Shown here in pieces: positions 14,339 through 27,319 of a stretch of DNA of 64,000 bases. The notes under the pieces were generated by a model that saw nothing but the letters and a program-made list of their open reading frames with translations, did not search any database and was not told the origin of the DNA. A program made the position numbers and the translations under genes. Where the stretch lies: assembly GCF_006345805.1 (NCBI RefSeq), contig NC_043001.1, forward strand, positions 62,310,001 through 62,374,000. Reading direction: 5' to 3'. Positions within the stretch are counted from its first letter, which is position 1. Each line of letters opens with the position of its first letter. The stretch comes from Octopus sinensis. Taxonomy: Eukaryota.

Positions 14339-16200
14339 CAGCTTCCCAAAGTGGATGATGGGCGATTAGAGATTTCGGCAGGCGATATGAACATTTGTTG
14401 AGTGACAATGAATTTTTAGAAATTAAGTGTGCATTTACTGATATCTAGGTGTGCCTAGAATAAGGATGCACTCACATGAGACATCCCTTTGTATTAAAAA
14501 TGCAAACTTGTTTATCGAACAAATATTTTTGTCGCAGTCATTGAGATGGTTGTCATATGTGCTAAAAATAGCAGTCAAATAGGCCTACGCCTTAAATCAC
14601 TCCACTACAAACTTTTTTTGGCATAATTATATGAAGTCCCATGTGTAGAATTCAAATTCGCAAAAATTTCCTGAAAACTCCAAAAAATAAAAAAGTTATG
14701 AGGGGTTATATGTTGTGCTTAATTCTGTGGTTTCGTATCAAAACACAAATGCTATTTTCAGGATGTTGACAAAATGTACAGTCACGCACAAAATGACAGC
14801 TTTGAAATCGTGTTTCTTGACTGGGTGAAAATGATCAAACTTTAAACCTCTATAACTTTTTTAAAACATTTTTCTGGCGAAAGTTGAACAACTCCAGTAA
14901 TTTAGCTTGGAAAGGTACATTAATGTGCCAAATTTCAAAATTTTCTATAAACTTTAATTTTTGAAATGCTGGCAGCCAAACAATCTAGATCCATATTTGC
15001 TCTAGTAAAGACGTGTCACCTGACTCTGCCCTATTGACTTCTTCTCTTTGGGAATACCATACTGCCTTTCTGACACCATCTGTAAAAATTTGTTTTCACA
15101 TTTTCACTTTACTGATGCCGCCAGTCAAGAAAATTTTTCAACAGTACAGTAGTGATTATTTATCATTTGGATTTATTCCCTCTCCTCAAAACTGTCAGTT
15201 ACCAATGTGCCATCTTTGCCATCAGACATTGACCAACAAAGCAATGAAACCTTCACGCCTGAAGTATCACTTTGATGCAAAGCATTCTGACAAGAAGGAC
15301 AAGCCATTATCATACATCTTGCAAATGAACTCCACTTTCAAAAAGTAAATACAAACATTCAACATGCTACTCCAGTAAACTAATAAACAGGAGAATGACG
15401 GGTTGATTGCATCATACAATATTGCATTGCTTGTTGCTAAGTCTAGGAAGTTTCATACAACTGGAGAAACATTACTTCACCCACTTATCAAAGAAATTTT
15501 GTCAACCGTTATGTACCTAAAACCCGATAACATTATGAAGATCCCATTTAGTAATAACACAATTTCTTGAAGCATCGATGAAATGGTCAACGATGTCAAA
15601 CATCAGCTCGTTAGTATTTTCCAGCGTTCTGGATTTCCCATACAAGTGGATGAGTCAACTGTTGTTGTCAATACATATTTGATGATGGTATATGTTCAGT
15701 ACTTCAACCTTGTGAGGAAAGGCTGTTCACAGAGAAATTGCCACTTGATTTTAAGAGGTGCAACTATTTTTCACACTCTCAAGTCTTTACTTTTTGAACA
15801 TAATATCCCACTCAGTAATATTCTAGCCTGTGCTTCTGATGGAGCCCCTTCAATGATAGGAAGATACAGAGGTTTTCATTTCTCTTAAAGTGTGAAATTT
15901 CCTACCAGATACTAATTGTTCATTGCTTGGCATACTGGCAGCATTTAGTGACAAAAAATATGAACGGTAGGTTGAATGATGCGCTACACTTAGTTATCAA
16001 GACTGTGAACAAATTGAAGTCCAATCTCTTGTCTGATTGAATTTTCCATCAACTCTGTGAGAAATGATGAGGGCCATACTAAACTCTTATACTACACCAT
16101 CAAAAAGAAACTGTGTTTTACACTTTGTTGAAATGTTTCATATATATCATATCTTTCTTTGAAGATACTCCACTATTTGCTTCATTGGTGGCTGCAAGGT
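14339..16200 (+). mobile_element. hAT (Buster/Charlie, ZBED5-like) transposase remnant
   Basis: YLSFGF..PMCHLC..MKPSRLKYHF..H BED finger; IASYNIALL; SNNTI; IQVDEST; SDGAPSM; left end cagcttcccaaagtg. Non-hAT sequence may be inserted at about 14600-15000. Confidence 0.8.
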
Positions 16201-18946
16201 GAGATAAATCCATATTTTTTAAATTGCATTTGATTTATATAACTAGCATTTTTCTTTACATTATCTTTTTTTAGTGTGTCTGTTTCATGTAACTAACCCA
16301 GTTTCTACTATATTTCTTGTGAAATACACAACTTTCATTTCAATTAATTCTGAAAATAATGAAGAATTTAGTAAAATAACTATCACTATTTAGAAGATAA
16401 ATTAACATGAAATTTTGATAGAATGTTTCAATTTAAATTAGCTTATAACAATAAGTTTGTATCATAGAACCAGGAGCAGTCTCAAACAGATTCATATCAA
16501 TAGAGTTAATTAACAGCTAACATGCGCAACATTATTTTTAGTACAAATGACCATTTATATTTAAAAAATTAAGCCTTTTTTGCAATACTATCAATTTTTA
16601 CAAGTACAGAAAGACATTATTAGCATTTAAATAAACCTATTATTTATGTAATTTCTGGTCAAGACTGTAAGACTGAGCTTTTGATTTACAAAATTCTCAA
16701 CAGTATGTTACAAGTTAATCTATTTTTCTACTTATACATTCCTCCTAATGTAATAGAGGTTGCAATCACACAAATATTATCAGATAGAATAAACCTAAAA
16801 TACCAAATACATACAGTGAAGATAAATATTCTACAACCAATATTTCATCACGGATTTAATAACAACAACAAATACACCTTAATCAACACCAAAAGGAAAA
16901 ATGGGAATGATTAAGATAAAGTATAGCTCTCACTCAAAGAGTATATGACTTATTGCATTTCAGATTCCTTAAAGCTGAATAAAGCATGTTTTTAATTTTG
17001 TTTTAATAAAATCTCTAGGGAATGCTTAATAGAGTTTTAAAACATTAACTCTTTCTAGTAACTGACCTTCAACTGCTCAAATTCTAACCAGCAACATATA
17101 ATATACTATATATATTTCACAATAACCAATAAGATTTCCAATAAATCTGTAGTAATCTATGGATATAGATGAAGATAATATTTTTACCTGGTAGCAATTT
17201 TAATTGGAAAATTATTTCTGTCTGTTGTTGCCACAAGAACAGAAATCAATATAAAAAGGAAACGATTTTTGAATAAAGATTCCCTGTTTTTAGTTTCATT
17301 AGAGAGACTTTTTTTCAAAATGAATTGCTCTGCAATAATACTGGGATTAGTGAGTAACTTTGTTATTTTAACTCTTACTCTCATGTACAGTTCTCTATGT
17401 TTTAACTCCTTCTTCATAGAAGGATTTGGCAAAAAGAGACTAAAAACAGGTGGGTATGTTTAGAATATAATAACTTTTCTTCTAATGGATAGATTTCAAT
17501 GATATTTTTGAATTATTCAAGGATATGATTGTTATCCATGTTGAGAGTATTATTTTTATTGTCATTGCCATATGTTGATGGATTTGTTTATTTTACCTGT
17601 AATTAGTATGAAAATTTAATAAACTAGTAAAATAATTGCTAGTAAAATAAACAGCACTGATGAACAAACAACAGCAACAACAAAAATATTTACTGACCTA
17701 TATGATGCTTGAATGCAAAATTAGTATTCCAATAAAAGGTGCAAACAGGTAAGTAATCCATAGCTTGAGAATCATACTTGAGCCACTTTCAAAGTCACAG
17801 TCACTTTATGAATAATGAATGTTTACTGTACAACACACAAAAGTTCTGCTACACAAACATGTACTGAGTGAGTTTTGGCTTGTTGTCCTTGTTACTGTCT
17901 GTGACATCGTTACAAGGGAGCACAGGTGAGCCTCGTTCCTTTGAAATGCATCCATAAGGAAACAAAACTATAGTTGGTAATTGTGGAATGTGGCAAAACA
18001 TCCACTGCCTTTGCAAAGTGCTACTCCACAACATTTGCATTCCCATGAGGTCTGGATTTTGTTACCAGCAGGTGTATGAACTGTGCCCTTTGAACACAAG
18101 ACACAATTCCATAGTCCTCTCTTGGTCTGGATTTTTGTTGGCTCATGATATGATGGGTTCTTCAACATCAGTATGGGACTCCCTTTTCCTGGATGAAAAG
18201 TTGTTGAGACTCTTAGTGACCTTGACATGAAAAGCCAGGTGAGACAGCAGTTTAGGGTGGGACCCACCTGGTGCTTCCTTGTGCAAAATGTATGTGTTGA
18301 TCATGGTGATGTTACAGAAAAACCAGAACATGTACTTCCACCATTTTCATGCACTGACAGCAATGCCATAGTAGGACCACAGCTGATTGTCTTTGTCAAC
18401 AGCATTGTAGTTTGTGCTGTATTCTTGGATTGCAATGGGTTTCTGGTATATATGGTCACAGGTATGCCACATCAGTTGCTTCTGATTGTGCCATAGGAGT
18501 AGATTATTTTTCTTCAAAAGACCTTCCATCAAATCCATGGAGGTGAATAAGTTGTCAAAATAGCTGTAATGCTATTTCTTGTAGTATGGGGGCACGAGTT
18601 TTCTCACTACTCTAGTACCAAGAAGCAGGTTGTCTTCAGACACAATTTCTTTTCCTGTGTACATGCCAAAGTCCACAAGGTAAAACAACTCGCAGTCACA
18701 TTGCCCAGGCCTCTATTCCCCGTTTGTACAGCTTTGATGGAACATACTGAAGAAACAAGCATCTTCCCTTGAAATTCACCATTGCTTCATCCACTGCCAT
18801 GTTTCTATGTGGCTTGTAATACCTTGAAAACTGGTTCTTGGCATTGTTGATGATGGGGTGCACCTTGTGGAGTTTGTCAAGGGTTTCCCCTTGGTGAGTT
18901 TTGGGTAAAATCATTGGCATGAAAGTATTTCGTAATTTCTTCATAC

Positions 18947-21271
18947 TGTAGCAAGTCTTAATAAACCTTTATCGGCAGTGATTTGACGTCATGGTCATGT
19001 TGGCCACATAGGTATAATTATTAGTTTCCCATTGGTTAAAATTACTACCCATATTTGAATTCTAACTTTCGTCAAAGAGAAATCTTTCATAGCTAAGCTA
19101 CAAAGAAATCCACTTATATTCTCTTCTTAAATATAAATCTAGAGTTAAACTAATTTCTCCAAATGTTTGGATGTCAGACTGATTCTTCACTGCTTGTAGG
19201 GTCAAATAAGCAGGTTTAGGCTTCTCTGTTATAAATTTTAGCAGGCCAAATTGAACAAGCCGCTCCTGTATCAACTAAGAATCTTTGTTTGGAGTTAGAG
19301 TCAAATATGAAGAATATGTGACTTTTTATGAAGTTGTCCACGGATTTCATTGTGTCTAATCTGTGGTTGAGAGGTTTCCCAGCTTTTTCTTTGTTCAGAA
19401 AATCAAATGAGCATGGTTTAATACAACAATAAGATTTGACACTAAATTTTGAATGGTACCAGCATATAGCATTTCTTCTGGGACTTTTTGGTCATCCACG
19501 CCATCTTGCCTTATTTCTGTTATGAGAACGCTTATCTCTTCTAAGTTGAAAACTTTCAATTTTGTCTGTTAATAATTTTAATTGTTTTTCGTAAGTTTCT
19601 TTCATCTTCTGTAATTCTGAAGAAATGGATGGTAAAGCATTAACGGACTTTCTAGATGATAATTCCAATATACCATCTGCTAAATCTGCTGTTTGAGAGA
19701 GTTTTGCTCTTTCACCGCTGAAAGTAGAGTTTGAGTTCTATGAGGCAACTTACCAAAGAAAACTTCTTTAAGATAAGACTCTTCTATCTGTTGATTCCCG
19801 AGAAGTTCTTTCATTCTACAAAAAAGTTGAGTAGGTTTTCTGTCACCTTGTTCGTTATTGAACAACTTGGCGAATTCTTTTTGCTTGGAGTTGGAAGTTC
19901 TCTTTAGCATCTCTTCTTTCACAGAAGAATACGAAAATGGGTCAGTAGGATCTATTAATAAGTCTCTAATTTCATTGCTCACAGGTGGTGGTAAGTTGCT
20001 TAACATAATGTTATATTTTTATGCCTCTGTTATTCTGTTTGCTGCAAAACTTGCTTCTAATTGAGCAAACCAAATAATGGTGTCTCCTGTCCAAGGAGGA
20101 GGCAAAACTATCACAGAAGTTTGCATATACCCTCTATTGAAATAAGACATTTCAAACTCTTTAATATTTTCTTCCATTCAAATGTATTAAAATTTACAAA
20201 AAGAAAATTTTTCCCTTAGTGAAATAATGCTTTCAACAGCTATGAAGTATAAATTTAGCTTGCTAGAAAGTGCAGCTAAAACTTTTTACGACTATTATTG
20301 TTTTATTTCTTCAGCATTCTTTCTTCCTTCAACCTTTAATATCAAATATTTCTGTTTATAAAATTTTGTATAATGAAACTGTCATCTATTTTCATCTTTT
20401 TTAATATTTTTCACAAGGGTCACCAAATTTATAACAGTGTGTGTATTGAGAAGAATGATGAGTGGCAATTTATAACAGTGGAAAATTACCAATAACAATT
20501 AGATCATTTAATCTGTTTATAATGTGTTCAACTTGAAAATATAATGAATATAAATATTTCTTTAGCAGGAATCTGTGGTAAATCCATCACTTATAACTTA
20601 ATTATAAGTATTTTATCACCTTACATAAATTCTAGCTCAGACTACATAAACGCTGTGGTGAATTATATACACCAGGATGCTGAACATGCATGTATATTGA
20701 ATATAAACAAGCTCACTCTTTTTCACTGCTATACAGTTTCAATAGTTACAGAAATAAATTTCATCAACAGGTTAAAGAAAGGAAGATAAAGAAATCATTT
20801 ACTAAATTAATTTATTTACGTACACTTGATATTTGCAGTACATTTTTATAAGTAAAAAAAGAGACTGTCATAGAGAGTTATGACATAAAAATTGTATGGT
20901 TAATGTTTACATGTATTATCTAATTCTTTCATAACTAAGCTACAAAGAGTTTTAAACAACAATTCAAAATAGCCTTGTTGAGTTAGACAAAAGACTTAGC
21001 ATCATAATAACAAATCTCAGGAAAGTGAGTGTCATGGAATCAAGTGACAACCAACGAACACTGATTTATTTCCCAAAAATCAGGGTTTTTATAACTGCTG
21101 ATATCTGAATTCTAAGAACTGTATTTCATGAAAGATTTCTCTTTGATGAAAGTTAGAATTCAGATATGAACAGTAATTTTAACTAATGGGAAATTAATAA
21201 TTATACCTATTTGGCCAACATGACCATGATGTCATATCACTGCCGATAACAGTTTATTAAGACTTGCTACA
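18947..21271 (-). mobile_element. TGT..ACA element with 144-bp TIRs and ATAC TSD carrying gypsy-type PBS-gag-protease
   Basis: TIRs 18947-19090 and 21128-21271 (12 mismatches by eye); TSD ATAC at 18943-18946 and 21272-21275; PBS TGGTGACCC 20425-20417; gag from ATG 20150; FLVDTGA with DTGA at 19272-19261. Confidence 0.85.
19100..20150 (-). pseudogene. Ty3/gypsy-type gag and aspartic protease, disrupted
   Basis: LPPPW...IWFAQLEASF, LPPPVSNEIRDLL, GDRKPTQL, CWYHSKF..CCIKPC knuckle, RFLVDTGAACSIWP; stops and frameshifts; no RT, RNase H or integrase. Confidence 0.85.
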
Positions 21272-22179
21272 ATACCTATTTACAGTCATCACCTTGGCAA
21301 TAGACTGCTGGTGGAAGACTTCATCTTTACCCCACTACTGCCTATAACTAGGTAGTCGCACAATCCCCACAAGAATTAAAATTCCCACATTCGCTTTCAT
21401 TTCAGCCACACTGATTGTAAAGTTTTCATTGTTCTTCTAACTAGCATTCAAGCTTGTCAGCTCAACTGATCCCTCAGACATTGTAATTGGAAACAATTGA
21501 ATAAAGTAATCAATTGGTTCTGCTGTCACTGACAGAGGTCTTGTAGACCCACTAGCTTCATTAAACGTACCCATTATGGTGCCTCTGATAATGCCAGTCT
21601 ACTCCAAATCATCATAATCCAAATCATCTGAACTTGACAAGTCTGAAATTTCTGCCTCACTGAAATCCAAAAGATCACTTGTATACACTGACGACACAGA
21701 TACATCACTTGTACATTCTCCTCAATCATGACTAACAAAATTGCTAAATGAAGAATTGCTATCAGACGCAGCATCAACCATTTTCACAACAAACTTGCCC
21801 AAAATAAATTTGTAAAAAATATTGAAAAATGATCTCAAAGCACAACCAAAACAAGTATGGCCAGGGTAAAGCAGAAATCAAGCTTTTACAAAGCTTTCTG
21901 TGCGTAGGTGCAACTTTAATGTTATGGGTCATATCCTGTGCAACCAGTTTGTGTACCTAATGACAAGGCTCGTTTTCAGGTGGTTCATGAATGAGTGTCT
22001 ACCGCAGATTGGAGCGGTTTATGACGTTAAGAATTAAAACTGAAGACCTCTTAGACTACAGCATCCTTAAATTTGTGCAAACAACAATATTGTTATTCAT
22101 ATACATGAAAAGATACTGGGCAAAAACAAACATAAGCTAATGCATCCAGCATATAAATATAATAATCCAGCAAGAGTTA

Positions 22180-22371
<192 letters not shown>

Positions 22372-22810
22372 CTAAATATAAATTTAAAAGTTCCAGACAC
22401 TCATCAAGAAAGTGATTAAAGGATCAGTGTTCGATTAAATCCAATGATCCTAGATACCAAAAATGGTAAAACATTGATTACTAAATTTAGACAAACCTAA
22501 AATTAGATATAAGAATGAAATGAAGAATTTCACATCAACAAGATCCTCTTCAATATTTTTAGCTATTATTTCTGAATGAGAAACATGTCTAAATCCTAAG
22601 GTGAACCATAACAAGGAATGAAATTAATGAAATGAAAACAGAGATTACACAGTGTGTTTAAGAGACAAAAAAAAGTTTCATGGAATGAAACTGCAACAAC
22701 AGAAAAATTTGAAATTACATAAAATGTGTGAATCATTTCCTCCTGCCTCATTTCCTGGGCTCCTATATGTATTATTGTTATTATTATTCCTTTCACACTA
22801 TCTATAAACT

Positions 22811-25048
22811 TTTGGATCTTTTCCTTTTGAACGGCAGTTTGTAACATAATTTCTAGGTAACTAAAAAATTTTAAACTTCGTATACTGGTAGAATGTGTTT
22901 ATAAAACATCATTTTCTCTTGGCTTTACTGAGAAAATTCTATAGGTTGTAACATATTTCGTCTAAAATTTCTTGCATTTCAGCAATTTTAACCAATCAAT
23001 TACCTCCATTGACGTAAATAAAATTCTGTGCATAATGAATATGTCCCTCCTTTAAGAAACAGATTGGGTTTATTTACATTTGTGAAGAAAAAAAGATACC
23101 CTTCCCCCACCCCTAACCCACCCTAAGTAACCCTAAATCTAAAATAGATTGAAATGCAATAGATCGATACTAGGGTTATAATTATGGGTGACAATTTCAT
23201 ACGACACAGCTAAGTTTTTTATAGCGGTGTCGTATGAAATTGTCACCCATAATTATAACCCTAGTATCGATCTATTGCATTTCAATCTATTTTAGATTTA
23301 GGATTAGAGTTAGGGTTAGTTAGGGTTAGGGGTGGGGGAAGGGTATCTTTTTTCTTCACAAATGTAAATAAACCCAATCTGTTTCTTAACCCTTTCGTTA
23401 CTAACCCGGCCGTACCCGGCCATGAGAACCTATTGTTATTTAAATGTAAATTTGAACCCAAATCTCGTTGGTACATTCGTTAAAGCATGTGATTTCACAT
23501 TGTAAATAGTTAAGTTATAGTATCCGACATTGCTTGAAGTGATATCTCAACTCAGTGAATTTTGGGAGATTTTTTTCCACATGTTTTTCGGCATCGATTT
23601 TTCTTCAACTTTGAAAATGGATAGGAGTTTCATGTTATCAAGCATTGATTCCGAATTTAAAGCTTTGTCAACGGAAAATAGGGAGATATGGAGAAAAAAA
23701 ATGAAATAGGTACCAAAGCACGTGGTGTACAAAATAATGAATATTATTTTATCCGAAAATGAAAGCAGCGCCTTCCGAAGAAACAAAGCGGCGAAGACGA
23801 TTTTACATCGGAGTGAAGTAAAAAAACTTTTAAAATGTTTTTATTAGCAATTTTTCTGAGGAGATAGTTTATCTATAGTCTTTCTTAGGAAGCGAAACCA
23901 TTAGACTTTTATTTTTTTCAGTATGCTAGTTTGAAGCGATCACGTCGGAAACAAACTTACGCAGATTGTAAACAAACCCAAAATCGGGGTTCAAAGTTTG
24001 GGAAATTTGTGAAGCAAATACTGGGTACTGTTGTGGATTTAGTTTTTATACAGGGAAACTAATGTTAGTCAGCATGGCTTAGGGTACAATGTGGTCTGGA
24101 AGTTATTGTTTGAAGCGATCAATGTGGAAACAAACTTACGCAGATTGTAAACAAACCCAAAATCGGGGTTCAAAGTTTGGGAAATTTATGAAGCAAATAC
24201 TGGGTACTGCGTGGATTTAGTTTTTATACAGGGAAAATAATGTTAGCCAGCATAGCTTAGGGTACGATGTGGTCTGGAATTTATCACTTCCATACCATAA
24301 CCAGGGCCGTATATTATTTTTTGACCGATTTCTTTAGTTCGGTCAAACTTACGGTGGATTCCAATATTTCAGTTTATTCCACCTTTATGGTACACCTGTT
24401 GTGCATTAAATTCAACTAATGATATAGTGATGTGCACAATTCTTCTTTTTCAAAATTTTGTTGCATACCCATTTGAATATTAGCTGATGATTCATTTTCT
24501 ATAGTGATGTTTAAACAAAATTTTAATTTTTTACCTTTTGCTCAATTTAAAATTTTAATATTTTTACCTTTTGCTCAATTTACCTGGATTTACCTGTAAT
24601 TAAAGTCACTTTGAGACAAAAGTTATGCAATAGAATTGATTAAGAACCCTTTCTTTAATTATGTTCAAAATATCACATTTGTATGTTGATAAGTAAAAAA
24701 GTTACAGTTATTTAATGAAACAAGCCTAAATTCATGATTATTTTAGAATTTAGTTGAAACTCATGAGGGGTGTATTTTGGTCAGAAATATAGTAACGAAA
24801 GGGTTAAACGAGGGACATATTCATTATGCACAGAATGTTATTTATGTCAATGGAGGTAATTGATTGGTTAAAATTGCCGAAATGCAAGAAATTTTAGACG
24901 AAATATGTTACAACCTATAGAATTTTCTCAATAAAGCCAAGAGAAAATGATGTTTTATAAACACATTCTACCAGTATACGAAGTTTAAAATTTTTTAGTT
25001 ACCTAGAAATTATGTTACAAACTGCCGTTCAAAATGAAAAGATCCAAA
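22811..25048. mobile_element. About 800-bp fold-back element with TAACCC/TTAGGG motifs, right arm interrupted by a piggyBac derivative
   Basis: Left arm 22811-23207 is the reverse complement of 23222-23389 joined to 24808-25048. Confidence 0.8.
23390..24803 (+). mobile_element. Non-autonomous piggyBac derivative
   Basis: TIR ccctttcgttacta/tagtaacgaaaggg, TTAA TSD at 23386-23389 and 24804-24807; residual K.SGFKVWEICEANTGY and ILFFDRF; 179-bp tandem duplication 23929-24283. Confidence 0.9.
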
Positions 25049-25099
25049 CTTTTTTCTATGCTACTTCTGCTGTCAGGTAGATGAGGCATGTTTCTTTGC

Positions 25100-26265
25100 C
25101 AGTTTAGACTTGTCTGTAATGCTGTGGAAACACCAGAGTAAGAGGCCAATAGACTAGCCTATCAAACTACAAACACAAGCACACGTATGCATGTATGTGC
25201 ACATAGAGGACCCGCACATTTTACCTACAAGACAAATGTTGGTATGGGGAAGACGGTACAAACTGCCAGTTTGTTCACCCGAGATCCTGCCAAAACTACA
25301 GGGGCCTTAAGGGGAAATACTTCCCTGAGGAAAGGCACCAATCACCTCCAAAGAAAAAATGAACAAATGCAGTGTGCTCTTCAGATGTTATGCACAAGGC
25401 AGCAGCTGGGCAAATCGTTTTGTGCATGGTGCAAAAGATAGTGCAGCAGCTGACCTGGCTACATCAAGTACAAACAAGGAACCTTGCCCACCACTGCACA
25501 AGATCACCACAATCAACAGACATGGGATGGCCTCCCCTAACATCTGCACAGTTTCATGCAAATATTTTTACTAAACATTGGGAGCCTGTTGCATCACAAC
25601 AAATGCAGAATTTTTTTCCTGAGAGACCTTGCTGCATGCAATCTAGCCCTATGCATAGCACTCATGGAAACTCACCTGAGCCCTGATACAGAGGATGCAG
25701 AACTACACATACTGAAATACACCATACTGTGAACAGACAGAAGGGAAAGGAGTCATGGTGGATTTGCTGTATACATCCGTGAAGACATCACACCCCAGGT
25801 CTTTCTGTCATACTCAAATTCAGAATGTGACACTGTAATTGTATACATAAGACAACACAGTATAGCCATATGCAATACATCACCTACCAGATGCTCCAAA
25901 CCACATAGGCAAGTTTGAAGATTGCCTCACAAAAATTTAAGAAATCCTCATGAAACTGGAACACCATGTGAGCCTTTTTCTTATGGGTGATTTCAACTCC
26001 CCCAATGTCAAATGGCCCAAAGGCCTCATGCTCTCAGGAATGACTCATTGCAAAGAAGCACAGCTGGAATCCCTGCTCAACCTCACCAATGCCCTATTCA
26101 TGGAACAAGTTGTACTCAGATCAACTAGGGCAAATAACATTTTGGATCTCAGCTTCACAAACAATATTGACATCATTCATGATATGAAAGTCATGCCAAC
26201 ATTAGTTTTGGATCATAGCATAATACAGCTGTCTCTGTATGGACCAAAAGTCAGCAATAGAAGAA
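25100..26265 (+). mobile_element. CR1/L2-group LINE remnant (APE endonuclease)
   Basis: RTDRRERSHGGFAVYI, LFLMGDFNSPNVKW, NILDLSFTN, LDHSII. Confidence 0.75.
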
Positions 26266-26661
26266 AAGCAACCATCTTTGGTTTCAAGACAAAGGGTATT
26301 CTTCCATGCTCAGACACATACAGTAGGGATGACATTCTAAAGGCTGGAGCAGTTTGAATGGGAAATGATGCCCCAACCACCATATTTGACAGACATTGCC
26401 CCATCTAATTATCATTTATTCTGCAGTCTTCAAAATCATTTGGATGGAAAAAAAATATGAATTCTGTAAACAAGGTCAGAAGAGTAGAGGAAGAGTATTT
26501 TTCATCACAGACAAGTGAATTTTGAAAGAGAAGCCTTGCAAGTTTACTAGATAAGTGGAAGTGCATTGTATAAAATGAAGGAGAGTGCAATTTAGATTTT
26601 AAAAGAATGAAAAATAAAAGAAGTATTAAAAAACCGGCTTTACTAATGGGATCATCCAATA
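26265..26661 (+). mobile_element. mariner 3' fragment
   Basis: WEMMPQPPYLTDIAPSNYHLFCSLQNHLDG; ends in TIR-like tactaatgggatcatccaata. Confidence 0.7.
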
Positions 26662-27319
26662 CAATATTTACACCAGCACACTATGTAATTTCTACCTGCT
26701 AATTTTCTGCATGCTAAGCACTTCCATTTTCTGATGGTAGTAGCAGAGTCCCGTCTTCTTTCCTAATTACTTTGTTATGTTTACTGAAGGCTTTCCAGTT
26801 CCAGATTTTGCTTCCATGTCAGAATTTCTTCTCCAAATCCTCTCCTATGAGAACTGTGTCATTGAGCTCCACTGGAAATCAGTCATAAAAAACTCCTTTG
26901 TAAAGCTTATAGGATTCTAATAAAAGGGAAGTGGACCCCATGGACACTAAATTCATCACTAAACTAGTTGTTGGTTCATCATATTGGAAGCAGCTCTGTT
27001 CATAGCTTGTAAAGCCATCAAAAGCCATTTGTTTTCGTCTTCCTCAACAGCAAGGCATCCTACCAAATGGCTTCTTCATGTTAATAAATACTAAGTTCAG
27101 AGATTTGCACCTAGCTAAATATTTTTGTATTTGTTTCACAAAGAAACTGAACTTCATCTCACCCAGGTTAAATTTGTTTCTAATCAATTTTGCAATAACT
27201 GTTCCCATGACTTTCATATACGTACATATTTATAATATGTTAGCTGTCCATAAGTAATAAAAAAAAACACACTAAAAAATTTTTTGTGCAGTAATATATG
27301 TTATGTAAGTCAGTTGTGA

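Larger units (their letters stand above)
17968..21770 (-). mobile_element. piggyBac (PGBD4-like) transposase remnant, split by the 18947-21271 insertion
   Basis: Acidic N-terminus, VMTVNR|YEEITKYFHAND across the insertion, MAVDEAMVNFKGR, FDNLFTS, C-terminal CVLC..WECKCCGVALC..CFATFH. Confidence 0.9.

Noticed and set aside
18947-21271. Assignment of the inverted-repeat element to DIRS
   Set aside because: It has a 4-bp TSD, TG..CA ends, a PBS and a protease, none typical of tyrosine-recombinase DIRS elements.
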